Source of the DNA: an uncultured cyanobacterium
GTDB taxonomy: Bacteria; Cyanobacteriota; Cyanobacteriia; Cyanobacteriales; Nostocaceae
Assembly (NCBI GenBank): GCA_963706595.1
Contig: OY970166.1
Location: forward strand, 1,504,001-1,568,000
DNA length: 64,000 nucleotides
Direction: 5' to 3'
The notes under the pieces are model-generated. The model had not been told where the DNA came from. It saw only the letters and a program-made list of their open reading frames with translations, and did not search any database. Of the stretch, positions 31,866 to 43,084 are shown one piece after another. How positions within the stretch are numbered: position 1 is the stretch's first letter; every line of letters begins with the position of its first letter. Made by a program: the position numbers and the translations under genes.

Positions 31866-33128
31866 TTGTCTAAACGCTATTTATTTACCTCCGAATCGGT
31901 TACCGAAGGTCATCCAGATAAGATTTGCGATCAGATTTCTGATACTATTCTCGATGCCTTACTAACAGAAGATTCTAGCAGTCGTGTGGCGGCCGAGGTA
32001 GTAGTTAACACGGGGTTAGTGCTAATTACTGGTGAAATTACCAGTAAGGCTAATGCGAATTATGTCAATATCGCCCGCCAGAAAATAGCCGAAATTGGCT
32101 ACCTAGATGCTGTGAATGGCTTTTCTGCGAGCAGCGCTAGCGTTCTAGTGGCTTTAGATGAACAATCGCCCGATATAGCTCAAGGCGTGAATACCGCCCA
32201 GGAAACACGCCAGCAGGATAGTGATCAACTATTCGACAAAATCGGCGCGGGTGATCAAGGTATAATGTTTGGCTTCGCCTGCAACGAAACGCCGGAACTG
32301 ATGCCCTTACCCATCAGTCTGGCTCATCGCATTGCTCGCCGACTGGCAACAGTTCGCAAAACAGGCAAATTGCCTTACCTGCGCCCCGACGGTAAAACAC
32401 AGGTAACTGTGGCCTACGAAGACGGCTATCCAGTCGGTATTGATACGATTCTGATTTCTACTCAGCATACAGAAAGTATCGGGGAAATAACTGATGAAGC
32501 AGCCGTACAAGCCAAGATTAAACAAGACCTCTGGTCGGCAGTAGTAGAACCTGTTTTTGGTGATATTGAGATTAAACCAAATCAAGAAACACGTTTCTTA
32601 GTTAATCCCACTGGCAAATTTGTGATTGGTGGCCCGCAAGGAGATTCTGGTCTGACAGGTCGGAAAATTATTGTTGATACCTACGGTGGTTATTCCCGAC
32701 ATGGCGGCGGCGCTTTTTCCGGTAAAGACCCCACAAAGGTAGACCGTTCTGCGGCTTATGCGGCTCGGTATATGGCGAAAAATATTGTCGCGGCTGGGTT
32801 GGCTCAAAAGTGTGAGGTTCAACTTAGTTATGCCATTGGTGTAGCGCGCCCCGTGAGCATTTTTCTGGAAACTTTTGGGACTGGCAAATTGGATGATGAA
32901 ACCTTACTGGATTTAGTCAAAGACCAATTTGAACTCCGTCCAGCCGGGATTATCCATACTTTCAATTTACGTAACTTACCAAGTGAACGAGGCGGACGTT
33001 TTTATCAGGACATCGCGGCTTACGGTCACTTTGGGCGCAACGATTTAGATTTGCCTTGGGAGCGCACCGATAAGGTGGAATTGTTGCAGCAACTAGTAAC
33101 ACAGTCGCTGGCAGCAGCGATCGCTTAG
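31866..33128 (+). CDS. metK: S-adenosylmethionine synthetase
   Basis: [37 protein letters not shown] start after AGGAGG. Confidence 0.97.
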   Translation: MSKRYLFTSESVTEGHPDKICDQISDTILDALLTEDSSSRVAAEVVVNTGLVLITGEITSKANANYVNIARQKIAEIGYLDAVNGFSASSASVLVALDEQSPDIAQGVNTAQETRQQDSDQLFDKIGAGDQGIMFGFACNETPELMPLPISLAHRIARRLATVRKTGKLPYLRPDGKTQVTVAYEDGYPVGIDTILISTQHTESIGEITDEAAVQAKIKQDLWSAVVEPVFGDIEIKPNQETRFLVNPTGKFVIGGPQGDSGLTGRKIIVDTYGGYSRHGGGAFSGKDPTKVDRSAAYAARYMAKNIVAAGLAQKCEVQLSYAIGVARPVSIFLETFGTGKLDDETLLDLVKDQFELRPAGIIHTFNLRNLPSERGGRFYQDIAAYGHFGRNDLDLPWERTDKVELLQQLVTQSLAAAIA

Positions 33129-33579
33129 AGTGTCAACAGTCGGTAAAATTTAAGTAGCAGGGGCAGAGGCAAAGGAGCGTATCCTCATCCTCTTGCCCCT
33201 GATATAGCAACGGACAGCCCAGTTAAGATGCTCAAAAAAAGTAGAGACGTGAAAAGCTGACCTATTTACCCTGCGGGCAGCTACTCCGTGTCTACATCTA
33301 TAATTAATTAATTTTTAGGTGTACCTTACTCAGCACATAACTGTTATAGTAGTTACGAAGTTTGACTATTCAGGAATTTTTTTGCTTCTACTAAGTATCT
33401 TTGTAAATATTCATATCAAAAGCCATTAAAGACTAGTCTAATCGTGAGGATTATCTAGTCAGCAATTCTTTGAGCTTTTTCAGGCAAAAGATCATGTTAA
33501 ATGCTAATTATCAATGAATGTGATCGTACAAACAAGACTGATGCGGTCATATTTGCGTGAGGGTAAGGAGGTTTGAGGA

Positions 33580-35304
33580 ATGCAAACTCAAAAACCAATC
33601 CCTGTTGACAGCAGTTCAGAAAGCAAAAAAGTGCCAGAAGTAGAGCCTTCAACAAACGAACTCCCGACTATAGAATTTCCTTCGCGCGGGAAACTCAAAG
33701 CTAGTTCATGGCGCATACATCAAAAAATTGGTTATGGTTATTTTGTTGCCATTGGCATCGGCTTTTTCGGCTCACTGACTGGGTTAGTCATTGCCAATTA
33801 CTACCGAGGAAGAGAAATTAGGCAATTCAATCAAGCCCAAGAGCAAAGAGAACTACTGACAAATTATCAAGATGCTGTATTAGAGGCGCAATTGTATAGC
33901 TCCAATTTAGTTGCAGTCTTGGAAAATTCACAACGATTAACACATAAACAAAAGCAATTTCTTCAGAGTGTTAACACAGCTAAAACTTTAGAGCAAGACA
34001 TTGGTGAATATATAGATACAAAGCCTGATAGGTTAGCCGCAACAAGTGCTAATTTACAAGCTTTATTAGAGGATTATGGCATTAGCTTAAAATTATACCT
34101 TGAAGAAATAGAGACTGTTTTAGAGGAAATTGACTCTCAGCAAGTACAGCCAGAACAAACTGGACTTGTCCGAGAGCAGTTACTTAAAATTATGCGTGGT
34201 GAAACAGCCATGCAGTTAGAGCAACTTTCGCAAAGATTAACTAATATCCTGAAAATTGCCGAAAAACAAGAAAAAGGCCGGCAACAAGATGTAGAACAGG
34301 CTAAAAAGGTTGAGAGATTTATCGTGATGATGAGTATGCTGGTATCAGTGGCTATAGCTGCTATTGTCGCATGGCGCACGAGCCGTGCGATCGCGGAACC
34401 AGTCATCACTGTCACTCAAGTGGCTGAACAAGTAGCGAGAAAATCTAATTTTGATTTACGCGCTCCTGTCACCACTGAAGATGAAATTGGCTTATTAGCC
34501 AAATCGCTAAATCGATTGATTGAACGTGTCTCTGAACGCACAAAAGAACTAGAACAAGCGAAGGAATTAGCTGAAGCTGCAAGTAAAGCCAAAAGCGTAT
34601 TTTTAGCCAACGTCAGCCACGAATTACGTACGCCATTAAATGCTGTGATTGGTTTAAGTCAACTGTTGCAAGACGACGCTACCGATTTAGAGTTATCGGC
34701 AGATTTCATCACTGACTTAGAAACAATCAATTCTGCTGGTAGACACCTGCTGGAACTGATTAATGACATTCTTGATTTGTCCAAAATTGAAGCTGGGAAA
34801 ATGACTCTTTACCCAGAAACATTTGAGATTGCGACGTTGATTAATAATGTGGTGATGACAGTTAAATCGGCTATTGACAAAAATAATAATATCCTAGAAG
34901 TGTATTGTGACCAGCAACTTGGGACTATGTACGCAGACCAAACTCGGATGCGGCAAGTGTTATTAAATTTACTTAGCAATGCCGCCAAGTTTACCACCAA
35001 TGGCAAGGTAACTTTAACAGTTAAGAACGAAAAGACAAACTTACTACCAGAGACTCCTTTTGGTGTGATTACTTTCAGCGTGGCTGATACTGGAATTGGG
35101 ATGACTCATAGTCAACAGCAACAATTATTTAAGCCTTTTACACAAGGAGATACATCTACCACAAAAAGGTATGGTGGGACTGGATTGGGTTTAGCAATTA
35201 GCCGTCATTTTTGCCGAATGATGGGTGGTGAAGTTTTGGTGAAAAGTCAGCCGGGGGTGGGATCTATTTTCACTGTTCATCTACCTCTGACTATCCAAGA
35301 TTAA
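33580..35304 (+). CDS. Membrane sensor histidine kinase (2 TM, HAMP, HisKA, HATPase)
   Basis: [46 protein letters not shown]. Confidence 0.93.
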   Translation: MQTQKPIPVDSSSESKKVPEVEPSTNELPTIEFPSRGKLKASSWRIHQKIGYGYFVAIGIGFFGSLTGLVIANYYRGREIRQFNQAQEQRELLTNYQDAVLEAQLYSSNLVAVLENSQRLTHKQKQFLQSVNTAKTLEQDIGEYIDTKPDRLAATSANLQALLEDYGISLKLYLEEIETVLEEIDSQQVQPEQTGLVREQLLKIMRGETAMQLEQLSQRLTNILKIAEKQEKGRQQDVEQAKKVERFIVMMSMLVSVAIAAIVAWRTSRAIAEPVITVTQVAEQVARKSNFDLRAPVTTEDEIGLLAKSLNRLIERVSERTKELEQAKELAEAASKAKSVFLANVSHELRTPLNAVIGLSQLLQDDATDLELSADFITDLETINSAGRHLLELINDILDLSKIEAGKMTLYPETFEIATLINNVVMTVKSAIDKNNNILEVYCDQQLGTMYADQTRMRQVLLNLLSNAAKFTTNGKVTLTVKNEKTNLLPETPFGVITFSVADTGIGMTHSQQQQLFKPFTQGDTSTTKRYGGTGLGLAISRHFCRMMGGEVLVKSQPGVGSIFTVHLPLTIQD

Positions 35305-35397
35305 TGGCGCATGAATTTAGACGCGATGAATCGCGTCTCTACAAGGCGTTCAAAGTTTATTACCCAGAGGTATACTCTGCTAATATGCAAGTGGTCG

Positions 35398-36697
35398 GTA
35401 AGCAACTCAGGTCTAAAGACACTGAGCTTTAGCCCAGATCGAACATACCAAACAAAGACATTTTTCCAAGTAATTGGCACGTCAGCCCCGGACTTTCGGG
35501 CTGGATTACAGACAACCCCAAAGCAGCAATATTCTTAGCCGCGTTTATATCAGCATCATGTTCAAATCCGCAATGCCCACACTTAAAAACTTTCCCGTTA
35601 CGATACGATTTACCTTTGATTGGGTGAACGTGTCCGCATCGGGAACAGGTCTGACTAGTGTAAGCAGGTGGGACAAATATCACTTTCACGCCAGCAATAT
35701 TTGCTTTGTACCCAACAAACAAACGCAATTGATAGAACGCCCAATTATTAGTTCTGCGACGCTCTATTTTACTTCTAGGTTTGGTATTGAGCGACTGTCT
35801 AATATTAGTCAAATCCTCAAAAGCCAAACTAGCGTTCATTCGTTTAGATTCTTGAACAAGTTGCTTAGAGATATTGTGATTCACCCATTCTTGAAACTTC
35901 CGTTCTCTCCCAGAGAGCCTTCTCAAAAGTCGCCTAGACGACCGAGTGCGTTTGGATTGAACATTAGCTCTGACCTTGCTATAACGGTCACGAACAGATT
36001 GAATCTGTTTACCACTCCACGATTCACCCGTAGAAGTGGTGGTGATATCACGACGAACCAAATCGACCCCAATCACTCTGGGAGTCTTGCCAGTTGGCTG
36101 AGTTGGGATATCAACAACAAAGTTAATAAAGTAGTCATCCTTCTTGGTTTTATTCAGAGTTGCACTGGTCGGGGTTTGACCCCTAAGCAATGCAATCTGG
36201 TATCCACCAATGGACAACTTGAATTCAACCCGTCCACACATCAAAGTCACCCCTACCGATTGGGATTCTTCCTTATAAGAAAAGGTGCGAACGTCCAAAC
36301 TGATAGAGGCAGGTCTAAATTTGTGGATCTGTTTAACAGCCTTAGCGTTACCAATAACTCGACGGATAGCTTGACAAACATGGTTTGCTTTCAATCCCGT
36401 CGCTTCACGGACTGGTTTATAAACCAAGTGGTGAAGTTTGGTAGTGTTCCAGCAATTCTCGCGTTTGGCTACTTCCAAAATCTGATTGCAAGCATCAGCA
36501 AAGCCTTCCATCGTGCGATCAATTTCGCCCCGAAAGTCAGAGGGTACTATAAGCTTGCATTTAACAGATATGTGTTGAGTCATAAGACTATTATAACTCA
36601 TCCAGTGCGATTTTAATGCTGACTGCGGTTAAAACCGCACGAGCAGTTTCCCTCTCAGGGCTAAAGCCTCTGAGTTTCCCACATCCCGCGAGGTTCT
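35398..36697 (-). mobile_element. Non-autonomous IS200/IS605-family (tnpB-only) element
   Basis: Related subterminal hairpins at both ends (CTCAGGTC-TAAA-GACACTGAG at about 35406-35426; CTCAGGGC-TAAA-GCCTCTGAG at about 36654-36674); no tnpA. Ends inferred from TTAC at the right end and TCAT next to the left end. Confidence 0.75.
35429..36583 (-). CDS. tnpB: RNA-guided endonuclease TnpB
   Basis: RuvC-I IGVD, RuvC-II AFEDL, TSQTCSRCG...CGHC zinc ribbon, RuvC-III DADINAAKNI. Confidence 0.93.
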   Translation of the reverse strand: MTQHISVKCKLIVPSDFRGEIDRTMEGFADACNQILEVAKRENCWNTTKLHHLVYKPVREATGLKANHVCQAIRRVIGNAKAVKQIHKFRPASISLDVRTFSYKEESQSVGVTLMCGRVEFKLSIGGYQIALLRGQTPTSATLNKTKKDDYFINFVVDIPTQPTGKTPRVIGVDLVRRDITTTSTGESWSGKQIQSVRDRYSKVRANVQSKRTRSSRRLLRRLSGRERKFQEWVNHNISKQLVQESKRMNASLAFEDLTNIRQSLNTKPRSKIERRRTNNWAFYQLRLFVGYKANIAGVKVIFVPPAYTSQTCSRCGHVHPIKGKSYRNGKVFKCGHCGFEHDADINAAKNIAALGLSVIQPESPGLTCQLLGKMSLFGMFDLG

Positions 36698-36716
36698 ATG
36701 ATCTACCTAAGCCGCT

Positions 36717-39041
36717 ATGACAACAACTATTGATTTTCTCAGCCATCTTAACCCCAGCCAACGTCAAGCTGTGGAACATTATTGCGGTCCTTTGTTAGTT
36801 GTGGCTGGCGCTGGTTCGGGTAAAACACGAGCGCTGACTTATCGTATTGCTAATTTGATTCTTAAACACCGTGTAGATCCTGAGCATATCCTGGCTGTCA
36901 CCTTCACGAATAAAGCCGCACGGGAAATGAAGGAACGCATTCAAAGGCTATTCGCTGACGATTTGGCGATGAAAAAACATGGTCAAAAATTTGATTTGTT
37001 GACAGAATACCAACAAATGCAGTTGCGATCGCAAGTTTATAAAAATACGATCAAAGACTTGTGGTGTGGGACTTTTCACAGTTTATTCTCCCGAATTCTC
37101 CGTTCTGATATCGAAAAATACCAAGACGAAAAAGGCAGACGTTGGACTCGCAATTTCTCAATTTTTGATGAATCCGATGTCATGAGTCTGATGAAAGAAA
37201 TTATTCAGAAACAGCTAAATTTAGACGATAGAACATTTAATGCTCGTTCTGTGCGCTACGCCATCAGTAACGCGAAAAACCAAGGTTTTTCACCGCAGGA
37301 ATTTGAGCGGGAACAACCCAATGCTCGCGGGCGGGAAATAGCCAAAGTTTATAATTGCTATCAGGAAAAATTAGCCGAAAATAATGCTCTCGATTTTGAT
37401 GATTTAATTCTAGTACCTACAAGATTATTTCAGCAAAACGAGCAAGTTCTAGATTATTGGCATCGCAAGTTTGAACATATCCTTGTAGATGAATATCAAG
37501 ATACTAACCGCACTCAGTATGATTTGATTCGGCTGTTAGTGACTAATGGCGAAGAAAGCAACAGTGCATGGGAATGGCAAAATCGCTCTGTGTTTGTGGT
37601 AGGTGATGCGGATCAGTCGATTTACAGCTTCAGAATGGCTGACTTTACAATCTTGTTGGAATTTCAGCAAGAGTTTGGCGATGGTTTAGCTGATGACGAC
37701 ACCCGCTCGATGGTCAAGTTAGAGGAAAATTATCGCTCTTGTGAGAATATTCTGCAAGCGGCTAATGAATTAATTGAAAATAATACTCAACGGATTGATA
37801 AAGTTCTCAAGCCGACGCGGGGAACAGGTGAGCTGATTTATTGCCATAAAGCAGATAATGAAATGGAAGAAGCCGAGTTTGTGATTGGGCAAATTCGCAC
37901 TTTAGAACAGCAAAATCCTGAGTTAGATTGGGGTAGTTTTGCCATCCTTTATCGTACTAACGCCCAATCACGACCTTTTGAAGAATTGTTAATGAGAAAT
38001 CAAATTCCTTATACAGTCGTGGGAGGAATGAAGTTTTACGATCGCAAAGAAATTAAAGATGTCATAGCTTATTTAAGAGTGATCGCGAATCCTGCTGATA
38101 GAGTCAGTTTACTCCGAGTTATCAATACTCCCCGGCGTGGTATTGGTAAAGCCACTATTGAAAGCTTAGTTAACGCCTCCAATGAATTAGGGACGACCCT
38201 GTGGGAAATTCTCAGTGATGAAACATCTGTTAATACATTAGCTGGACGTTCGGCGAAAGCTGTGAATAACTTTGCTAAAATGATCAGCACCTGCAAAGAA
38301 CAAGCCGCAACGGTTCCAGTTTCGGAACTTTTGAAAGAACTTCTAGACGAGTCTGGTTATATTAAAGACTTGCACAACCAAGGTACAGATGAAGCCGAAA
38401 ATAGAATCGAAAACGTCCAAGAACTTTACAACGCCGTATCACAATTTCAAGAAGAAAATGAAGATGTTTCTTTGACAGATTTTCTACAAAGTAGCGCCCT
38501 GAGTTCTGATTTCGATAACTTAAAGGAAGGACAAAAAGAAGTAACTTTGATGACTTTGCACGCTTCCAAAGGTCTGGAATTTCCCGTAGTCTTTTTGGTA
38601 GGGTTAGAACAGGGACTATTTCCTAGTAACCGTTCCATAGACGATCCAAAATCTTTAGAGGAAGAACGCCGCCTGTGTTATGTGGGGATTACTCGCGCCC
38701 AAGAACGGTTATATTTGTCACACGCTCGTGAACGCCGCTTGTATGGTTCTCGTGAACCGGCAATGCGATCGCAATTTCTCAACGAATTACCAGAAGAACT
38801 ATTAAATACGCGTAATAAAGGCCGTCATACGCAGACGAAAACTGCTGCTAAGGCTGGCGGTAAGCCTTATACACCCCAAACTTGGCAAGTAGGCGATCGC
38901 GTCTTACATAAATCTTTTGGTATAGGTGAAATTACGCACGTTTTCGGACAAGATGATAAAGTGTCTGTGGCGGTTAAATTCGCCAGTTTGGGACAAAAAA
39001 TTGTTGACCCCAGAATAGCGCAGTTGCAAAAAGTGGAGTAA
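36717..39041 (+). CDS. pcrA: ATP-dependent DNA helicase PcrA/UvrD
   Basis: AGAGSGKT, TFTNKAA, LVDEYQDTN, GDADQSIYSFR, LEENYRS, HASKGLEF, EEERRLCYVGITRA. Confidence 0.97.
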   Translation: MTTTIDFLSHLNPSQRQAVEHYCGPLLVVAGAGSGKTRALTYRIANLILKHRVDPEHILAVTFTNKAAREMKERIQRLFADDLAMKKHGQKFDLLTEYQQMQLRSQVYKNTIKDLWCGTFHSLFSRILRSDIEKYQDEKGRRWTRNFSIFDESDVMSLMKEIIQKQLNLDDRTFNARSVRYAISNAKNQGFSPQEFEREQPNARGREIAKVYNCYQEKLAENNALDFDDLILVPTRLFQQNEQVLDYWHRKFEHILVDEYQDTNRTQYDLIRLLVTNGEESNSAWEWQNRSVFVVGDADQSIYSFRMADFTILLEFQQEFGDGLADDDTRSMVKLEENYRSCENILQAANELIENNTQRIDKVLKPTRGTGELIYCHKADNEMEEAEFVIGQIRTLEQQNPELDWGSFAILYRTNAQSRPFEELLMRNQIPYTVVGGMKFYDRKEIKDVIAYLRVIANPADRVSLLRVINTPRRGIGKATIESLVNASNELGTTLWEILSDETSVNTLAGRSAKAVNNFAKMISTCKEQAATVPVSELLKELLDESGYIKDLHNQGTDEAENRIENVQELYNAVSQFQEENEDVSLTDFLQSSALSSDFDNLKEGQKEVTLMTLHASKGLEFPVVFLVGLEQGLFPSNRSIDDPKSLEEERRLCYVGITRAQERLYLSHARERRLYGSREPAMRSQFLNELPEELLNTRNKGRHTQTKTAAKAGGKPYTPQTWQVGDRVLHKSFGIGEITHVFGQDDKVSVAVKFASLGQKIVDPRIAQLQKVE

Positions 39042-39129
39042 TGAATTAATTTCACGCACCAGGCGCAGAGTCGCAGAGAGTCCAGTTGATGTGATTTAGT
39101 GTAGTGCGATCGCTGACATCTTAACTCAA

Positions 39130-39780
39130 TTAAAAATAATTATTGAGTAAATAGATAATTGCCGCACAAAACGGCGTATATTGCCCATTAGAATCCATTT
39201 GCTCATAACCTTGAGCAAGTTGCTGGATTTCTGCATCAGTCAAATCTTCAATACCTAATAATGCAGCATCAATTGCAACTTTTCGCATATTTTGCAGTTT
39301 GCTAATGTTAAGTTCAAGCTTCTCAATTGTTGTTTCAGCAGCAGCTTTTTTACCTGAATCATCTGTTGGCAAAATTTCCCCAGAAGCAGGGTAGCGAAAA
39401 AAATCAGCACAGTTGATTTCCAGAGGCGAAACCATTAAACGCTCATCGTACCAATATTTTTTCTGATGTCCACAATGTACTGGAATAGGAGGAGGTTCTT
39501 CACTTTCTCCTTGACATGAAGCAATAAAATTTGTGTACTCCAGCGCCAAATCTGGATAAGCGCTGCGAGGCTGGAGATGTTCTATATGGCTATTTTTTCT
39601 AGTGATACGCATTCCACAATAGCAACAGATATAACCCTGTTCTTGTAGCAAAGCATCATGTACAATCGGTTTTTCTGGCGCTTGAAAATTATCATCCCAG
39701 CTAGGTTTCCAATGATCATTTTCTAAAGCTTTCCAACTAGAAAACTTTTCTGGTTCCTGATTTTTTTTGATATACTTCAT
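39130..39780 (-). CDS. HNH endonuclease, PtuB / retron-effector type
   Basis: EQGYICCYCG, HIEHLQP, YTNFIASC, HCGHQK; 4-bp ATGA overlap with the upstream ATPase. Confidence 0.85.
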   Translation of the reverse strand: MKYIKKNQEPEKFSSWKALENDHWKPSWDDNFQAPEKPIVHDALLQEQGYICCYCGMRITRKNSHIEHLQPRSAYPDLALEYTNFIASCQGESEEPPPIPVHCGHQKKYWYDERLMVSPLEINCADFFRYPASGEILPTDDSGKKAAAETTIEKLELNISKLQNMRKVAIDAALLGIEDLTDAEIQQLAQGYEQMDSNGQYTPFCAAIIYLLNNYF

Positions 39781-41033
39781 CGATTGAGAATTTCCTTGCG
39801 TCGGATGAGTACATCTGCTTTCACAAACTCTGGTTCATCTATTCCAATTTCATTCGCTAACTGTTGACGTAAATTCCTAGCACTTTCTAAATTTCCGGCA
39901 TCAATAAGTCTAAACAGTTCTAAAAGTCTTTCTTTGATTTTCTGTGGACGTTCAGGAACATCCATCAAGTCTTCTAAAATACGATTGCTATCTCTCCCAA
40001 AGGAACTTTCTGGTCGTTTAGCGATAACACCTTTATCTGTTTTTTCTAAAATATAAATTCCTTCTGGTTTCACATTGCTAATTACTTGGGGGGAATGAGT
40101 AGTAACAATAAATTGACAATTAGGAAATGTTCTTGTCAAATCTGGAATAATTCCTCTTTGCCATTTCGGGTGTAAGTGCAGTTCAATTTCATCAATTAAA
40201 ATAATACCACTACCTTGCAGAGGGTCTGATAAACCTGGATTAGCAATTGCCAAACGTCTGGCTAAATCTCCCACCATTGCCAGCAAGCATTTCTCACCAT
40301 CAGATAGCTGATTAACTATAAGTTCTTCACCTTGTTTTTGTAAAGTCATTCTTAACGGAGAACGCCGTACCCGTAAGTTAGAAAAATCTGGAATCAGTGA
40401 AGATATGGCTTGTCTCACTGCTTCTAATTGCACATCTTGGTAATCACGTTTATCTCGTAAAAATTCACTCTCTAAATCTTCTCTATTTCTAAACCATTGA
40501 AAAAAACTCGAAAAATTATATCTGCTACCTATAAGGGCTTTTTCATAAGCCTCTATTTGTTTAAACTGAGTTTTGTTTTGAATCTCTAAACTAATATCAA
40601 TAACAGCGCGATTTACAGGATAGTAAACTGCTAATGGTAGATTGTATTCAGGCTCATTTTGCCAATGTCGCCAAATTGCATTAGCAGCGGCTTTGATCTT
40701 TTCATGACCTGAATCTTTAGATTCTTGATTATGACCTCGGTAAATTTCCCAATTATTTTCACCACCACGAGATGAAACAGTAGTAATATTTAGTCTTGTT
40801 AATGAGTCCTTATTAGAAATATCCTGTTCACTAAATGCTCTTACTTTTTCCGTGGAAGAAATGCCTCCAATCCATTCCAAAAAACGAGAAAGTAAGAGAG
40901 AAAGTGCATCAAGAATACTTGATTTACCTACGCCGTTAATACCTATAAGTACCGTTGGTTCATTTTGATTAAAATCCAACGTCAAATCGCCGATTCCACG
41001 GAAGGATTGCATTTTTAGGCGCTTGACTTTCAT
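39777..41033 (-). CDS. ABC/AAA_21-type ATPase, PtuA-like
   Basis: GINGVGKS, LSDGEK signature, ILIDEIELHLHPKWQ, TTHSPQV. Confidence 0.88.
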   Translation of the reverse strand: MKVKRLKMQSFRGIGDLTLDFNQNEPTVLIGINGVGKSSILDALSLLLSRFLEWIGGISSTEKVRAFSEQDISNKDSLTRLNITTVSSRGGENNWEIYRGHNQESKDSGHEKIKAAANAIWRHWQNEPEYNLPLAVYYPVNRAVIDISLEIQNKTQFKQIEAYEKALIGSRYNFSSFFQWFRNREDLESEFLRDKRDYQDVQLEAVRQAISSLIPDFSNLRVRRSPLRMTLQKQGEELIVNQLSDGEKCLLAMVGDLARRLAIANPGLSDPLQGSGIILIDEIELHLHPKWQRGIIPDLTRTFPNCQFIVTTHSPQVISNVKPEGIYILEKTDKGVIAKRPESSFGRDSNRILEDLMDVPERPQKIKERLLELFRLIDAGNLESARNLRQQLANEIGIDEPEFVKADVLIRRKEILNR

Positions 41034-41138
41034 AGTTTTAACTCAACAGAATACAGTTTATTTGCTAGTCCCCTCCTCGCTTGCGGGGAGGGGGTTGGGG
41101 GTGGGGTTCAAGTACCTACTCAACTGAGAAACGCTATA

Positions 41139-42053
41139 TTAAGCAGACTGAAACTTAATAACACCATAATCAAAAACCCGTTTATCAGTACCCATAGCAC
41201 TCACTTCAATTCTATCTGGATACACGTCATAGGCAGCAAAAGCCAATCTGTCAGCAGAACGTTGTGTCCACTTAGAACGCCCTACAGCACGAACACCTGC
41301 ACCACTCCCAGTAGTTAAATAAGTTGTGCCATCAATAGCATGAGTACGCTCATAATGGTGGTCGTGACCATTGATGTAAAGTTGCACATTGTACTGTTTA
41401 AACAAAGGCGTGAAACGTTTAATCAGTGTTTGACTAACTCCATAGTGTCCTGATGAATAAAAGGGATTATGCCCAAATACCACTTTCCAAGGTGCATCAC
41501 TAAGGCTTAATTCTTCCTCTAACCAAACTACTTGTTTTTCCCAATCAGCATTACCGTTAGTATCTAAAGCGAAAAACTGCACAGCGTCACGGCGAAATGT
41601 GTAATAACGCCCCTTCATATTAAAACCGGGATATTTAATTTGTGGATCACCGTTCTCGGTGCGAATATCGTGATTACCTAAACAAGCATGAAATTTTACG
41701 CCCTGAGATAATAATTCTTTGTAGGGACGTTCAAAAACTGCACCGATTTTTTCAATTTCGCCATTGTTGTAAATGTTGTCTCCTGCTAAAACCACTAAAT
41801 CATAAGGCTTTTGCTGGTGATAATAATTCATCGCCCCAGCTACAGCATATTGACCTCTAGCGCCCGTTCCTGTGTCTGCAACGGAGGTAAAACGCAATAG
41901 TAAGTTCTTTTTGGGTGGGGTGGCGGCTATCACTGCTGAACTTGAAAGATCAGCAATTTGGCTATTTTGACGAGCTAGCTTCCAGCCTACAAGTCCTGTT
42001 CCCATAGTGCCAAGAGTACCTAAAAATAAGAATTGACGGCGTTTCAGGTTCAT
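41139..42053 (-). CDS. Tat-exported calcineurin-like metallophosphoesterase (acid phosphatase-like)
   Basis: KRRQFL Tat motif; ADTG, GDNIY, GNHD, GHDH metal ligands. Confidence 0.9.
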   Translation of the reverse strand: MNLKRRQFLFLGTLGTMGTGLVGWKLARQNSQIADLSSSAVIAATPPKKNLLLRFTSVADTGTGARGQYAVAGAMNYYHQQKPYDLVVLAGDNIYNNGEIEKIGAVFERPYKELLSQGVKFHACLGNHDIRTENGDPQIKYPGFNMKGRYYTFRRDAVQFFALDTNGNADWEKQVVWLEEELSLSDAPWKVVFGHNPFYSSGHYGVSQTLIKRFTPLFKQYNVQLYINGHDHHYERTHAIDGTTYLTTGSGAGVRAVGRSKWTQRSADRLAFAAYDVYPDRIEVSAMGTDKRVFDYGVIKFQSA

Positions 42054-42179
42054 AAACTTACCAAACTCAATATTTAGTCAGTTTAGCAGCACTTTTTTGG
42101 TGATACATTAAGGCAACAGGCCGCAGGATTAATAATGCCAGTTATTTGTGTTTGAGTCGCTGCTTTTGGGAAAAGTTCC

Positions 42180-43067
42180 ATGTCACAAGACAATCAAAAT
42201 CCACAACCTGATTCTTCGCCCCAACTACCGATTTGGAAAGTTAAAATCATCCAAATTCTCAGGGGGACGATGGGAATTTTAGAAACGGCGGTAGTCAAAC
42301 TGGAAACTTCACCTCCCCCAGGGACGGAAGCAACTCCCGGTTTTTGGCAAGGTCTGGAAACACAATGGAATAGATTTTTACGACAAGTTCGTTTGTTTAT
42401 ACCTTCAAGTGTATCTAACAATCTGTCAGATACAGTGTTGACGGGAATTATTGCGGTAATTACTGTGGTGGTATTTTGGTCAACTGCAACGGTTTTTACT
42501 CAGAAGCCGACTGAAGTCGCAACGGTTCCCCCAGTTGAGGAAGTTCCCGCACCTACTCCGACAATAACTATTCCACCGGAGTTAACAGTACCGGAACCAA
42601 TTCCCACGCCGGAAGCAATACCAAAAGCTACACCCGAACCAATTCCAGAACCAATTTCAGAACCGGAACCAATTCCAGAACCAATTCCAGAACCAATTCC
42701 AGAAGCTACACCCGAACCGGAACCGGAACCAACGCCGATTATAAAATTGACACCAGAAGAATCTTTGATTGCAGCTATTGAAAATCAAGTAGCCGAAATT
42801 AGCGATCGCTTTGCATCTGGTCTGATACAGTCAATACAAGCTAACTTCCGTACCAGTAATTTGACTATCAAAATTAATGATGATTGGTACACCCTCCCAG
42901 AATCGCAACAAAAGCAACTAGCGGCGGAAATATTACAACGCGCTCAAGAACTTGATTTTACTCATTTAGAAATTCTCGACTCCCAAGATAAGCTGATAGC
43001 CCGTAACCCAGTTGTTGGTAATGAGATGATTATTTTTCAACAGTACAGAAACCAACCATCAAATTAG
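42180..43067 (+). CDS. Hypothetical membrane-anchored protein with Pro/Glu-rich repeat linker
   Basis: One TM helix, (PEPI)n repeats, C-terminal LIARNPVVGNEMII. Confidence 0.75.
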   Translation: MSQDNQNPQPDSSPQLPIWKVKIIQILRGTMGILETAVVKLETSPPPGTEATPGFWQGLETQWNRFLRQVRLFIPSSVSNNLSDTVLTGIIAVITVVVFWSTATVFTQKPTEVATVPPVEEVPAPTPTITIPPELTVPEPIPTPEAIPKATPEPIPEPISEPEPIPEPIPEPIPEATPEPEPEPTPIIKLTPEESLIAAIENQVAEISDRFASGLIQSIQANFRTSNLTIKINDDWYTLPESQQKQLAAEILQRAQELDFTHLEILDSQDKLIARNPVVGNEMIIFQQYRNQPSN

Positions 43068-43084
43068 CACAATAGGACTTCGAT

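Noticed and set aside
35474..36616. 380-codon ORF antisense to tnpB
   Set aside because: Fully overlaps a clear tnpB and has no recognisable motifs; most likely a shadow ORF, although unusually long.
42590..42735. Tandem CCAATTCCAGAA-type repeats
   Set aside because: In-frame Pro/Glu linker; ordinary low-complexity coding sequence.
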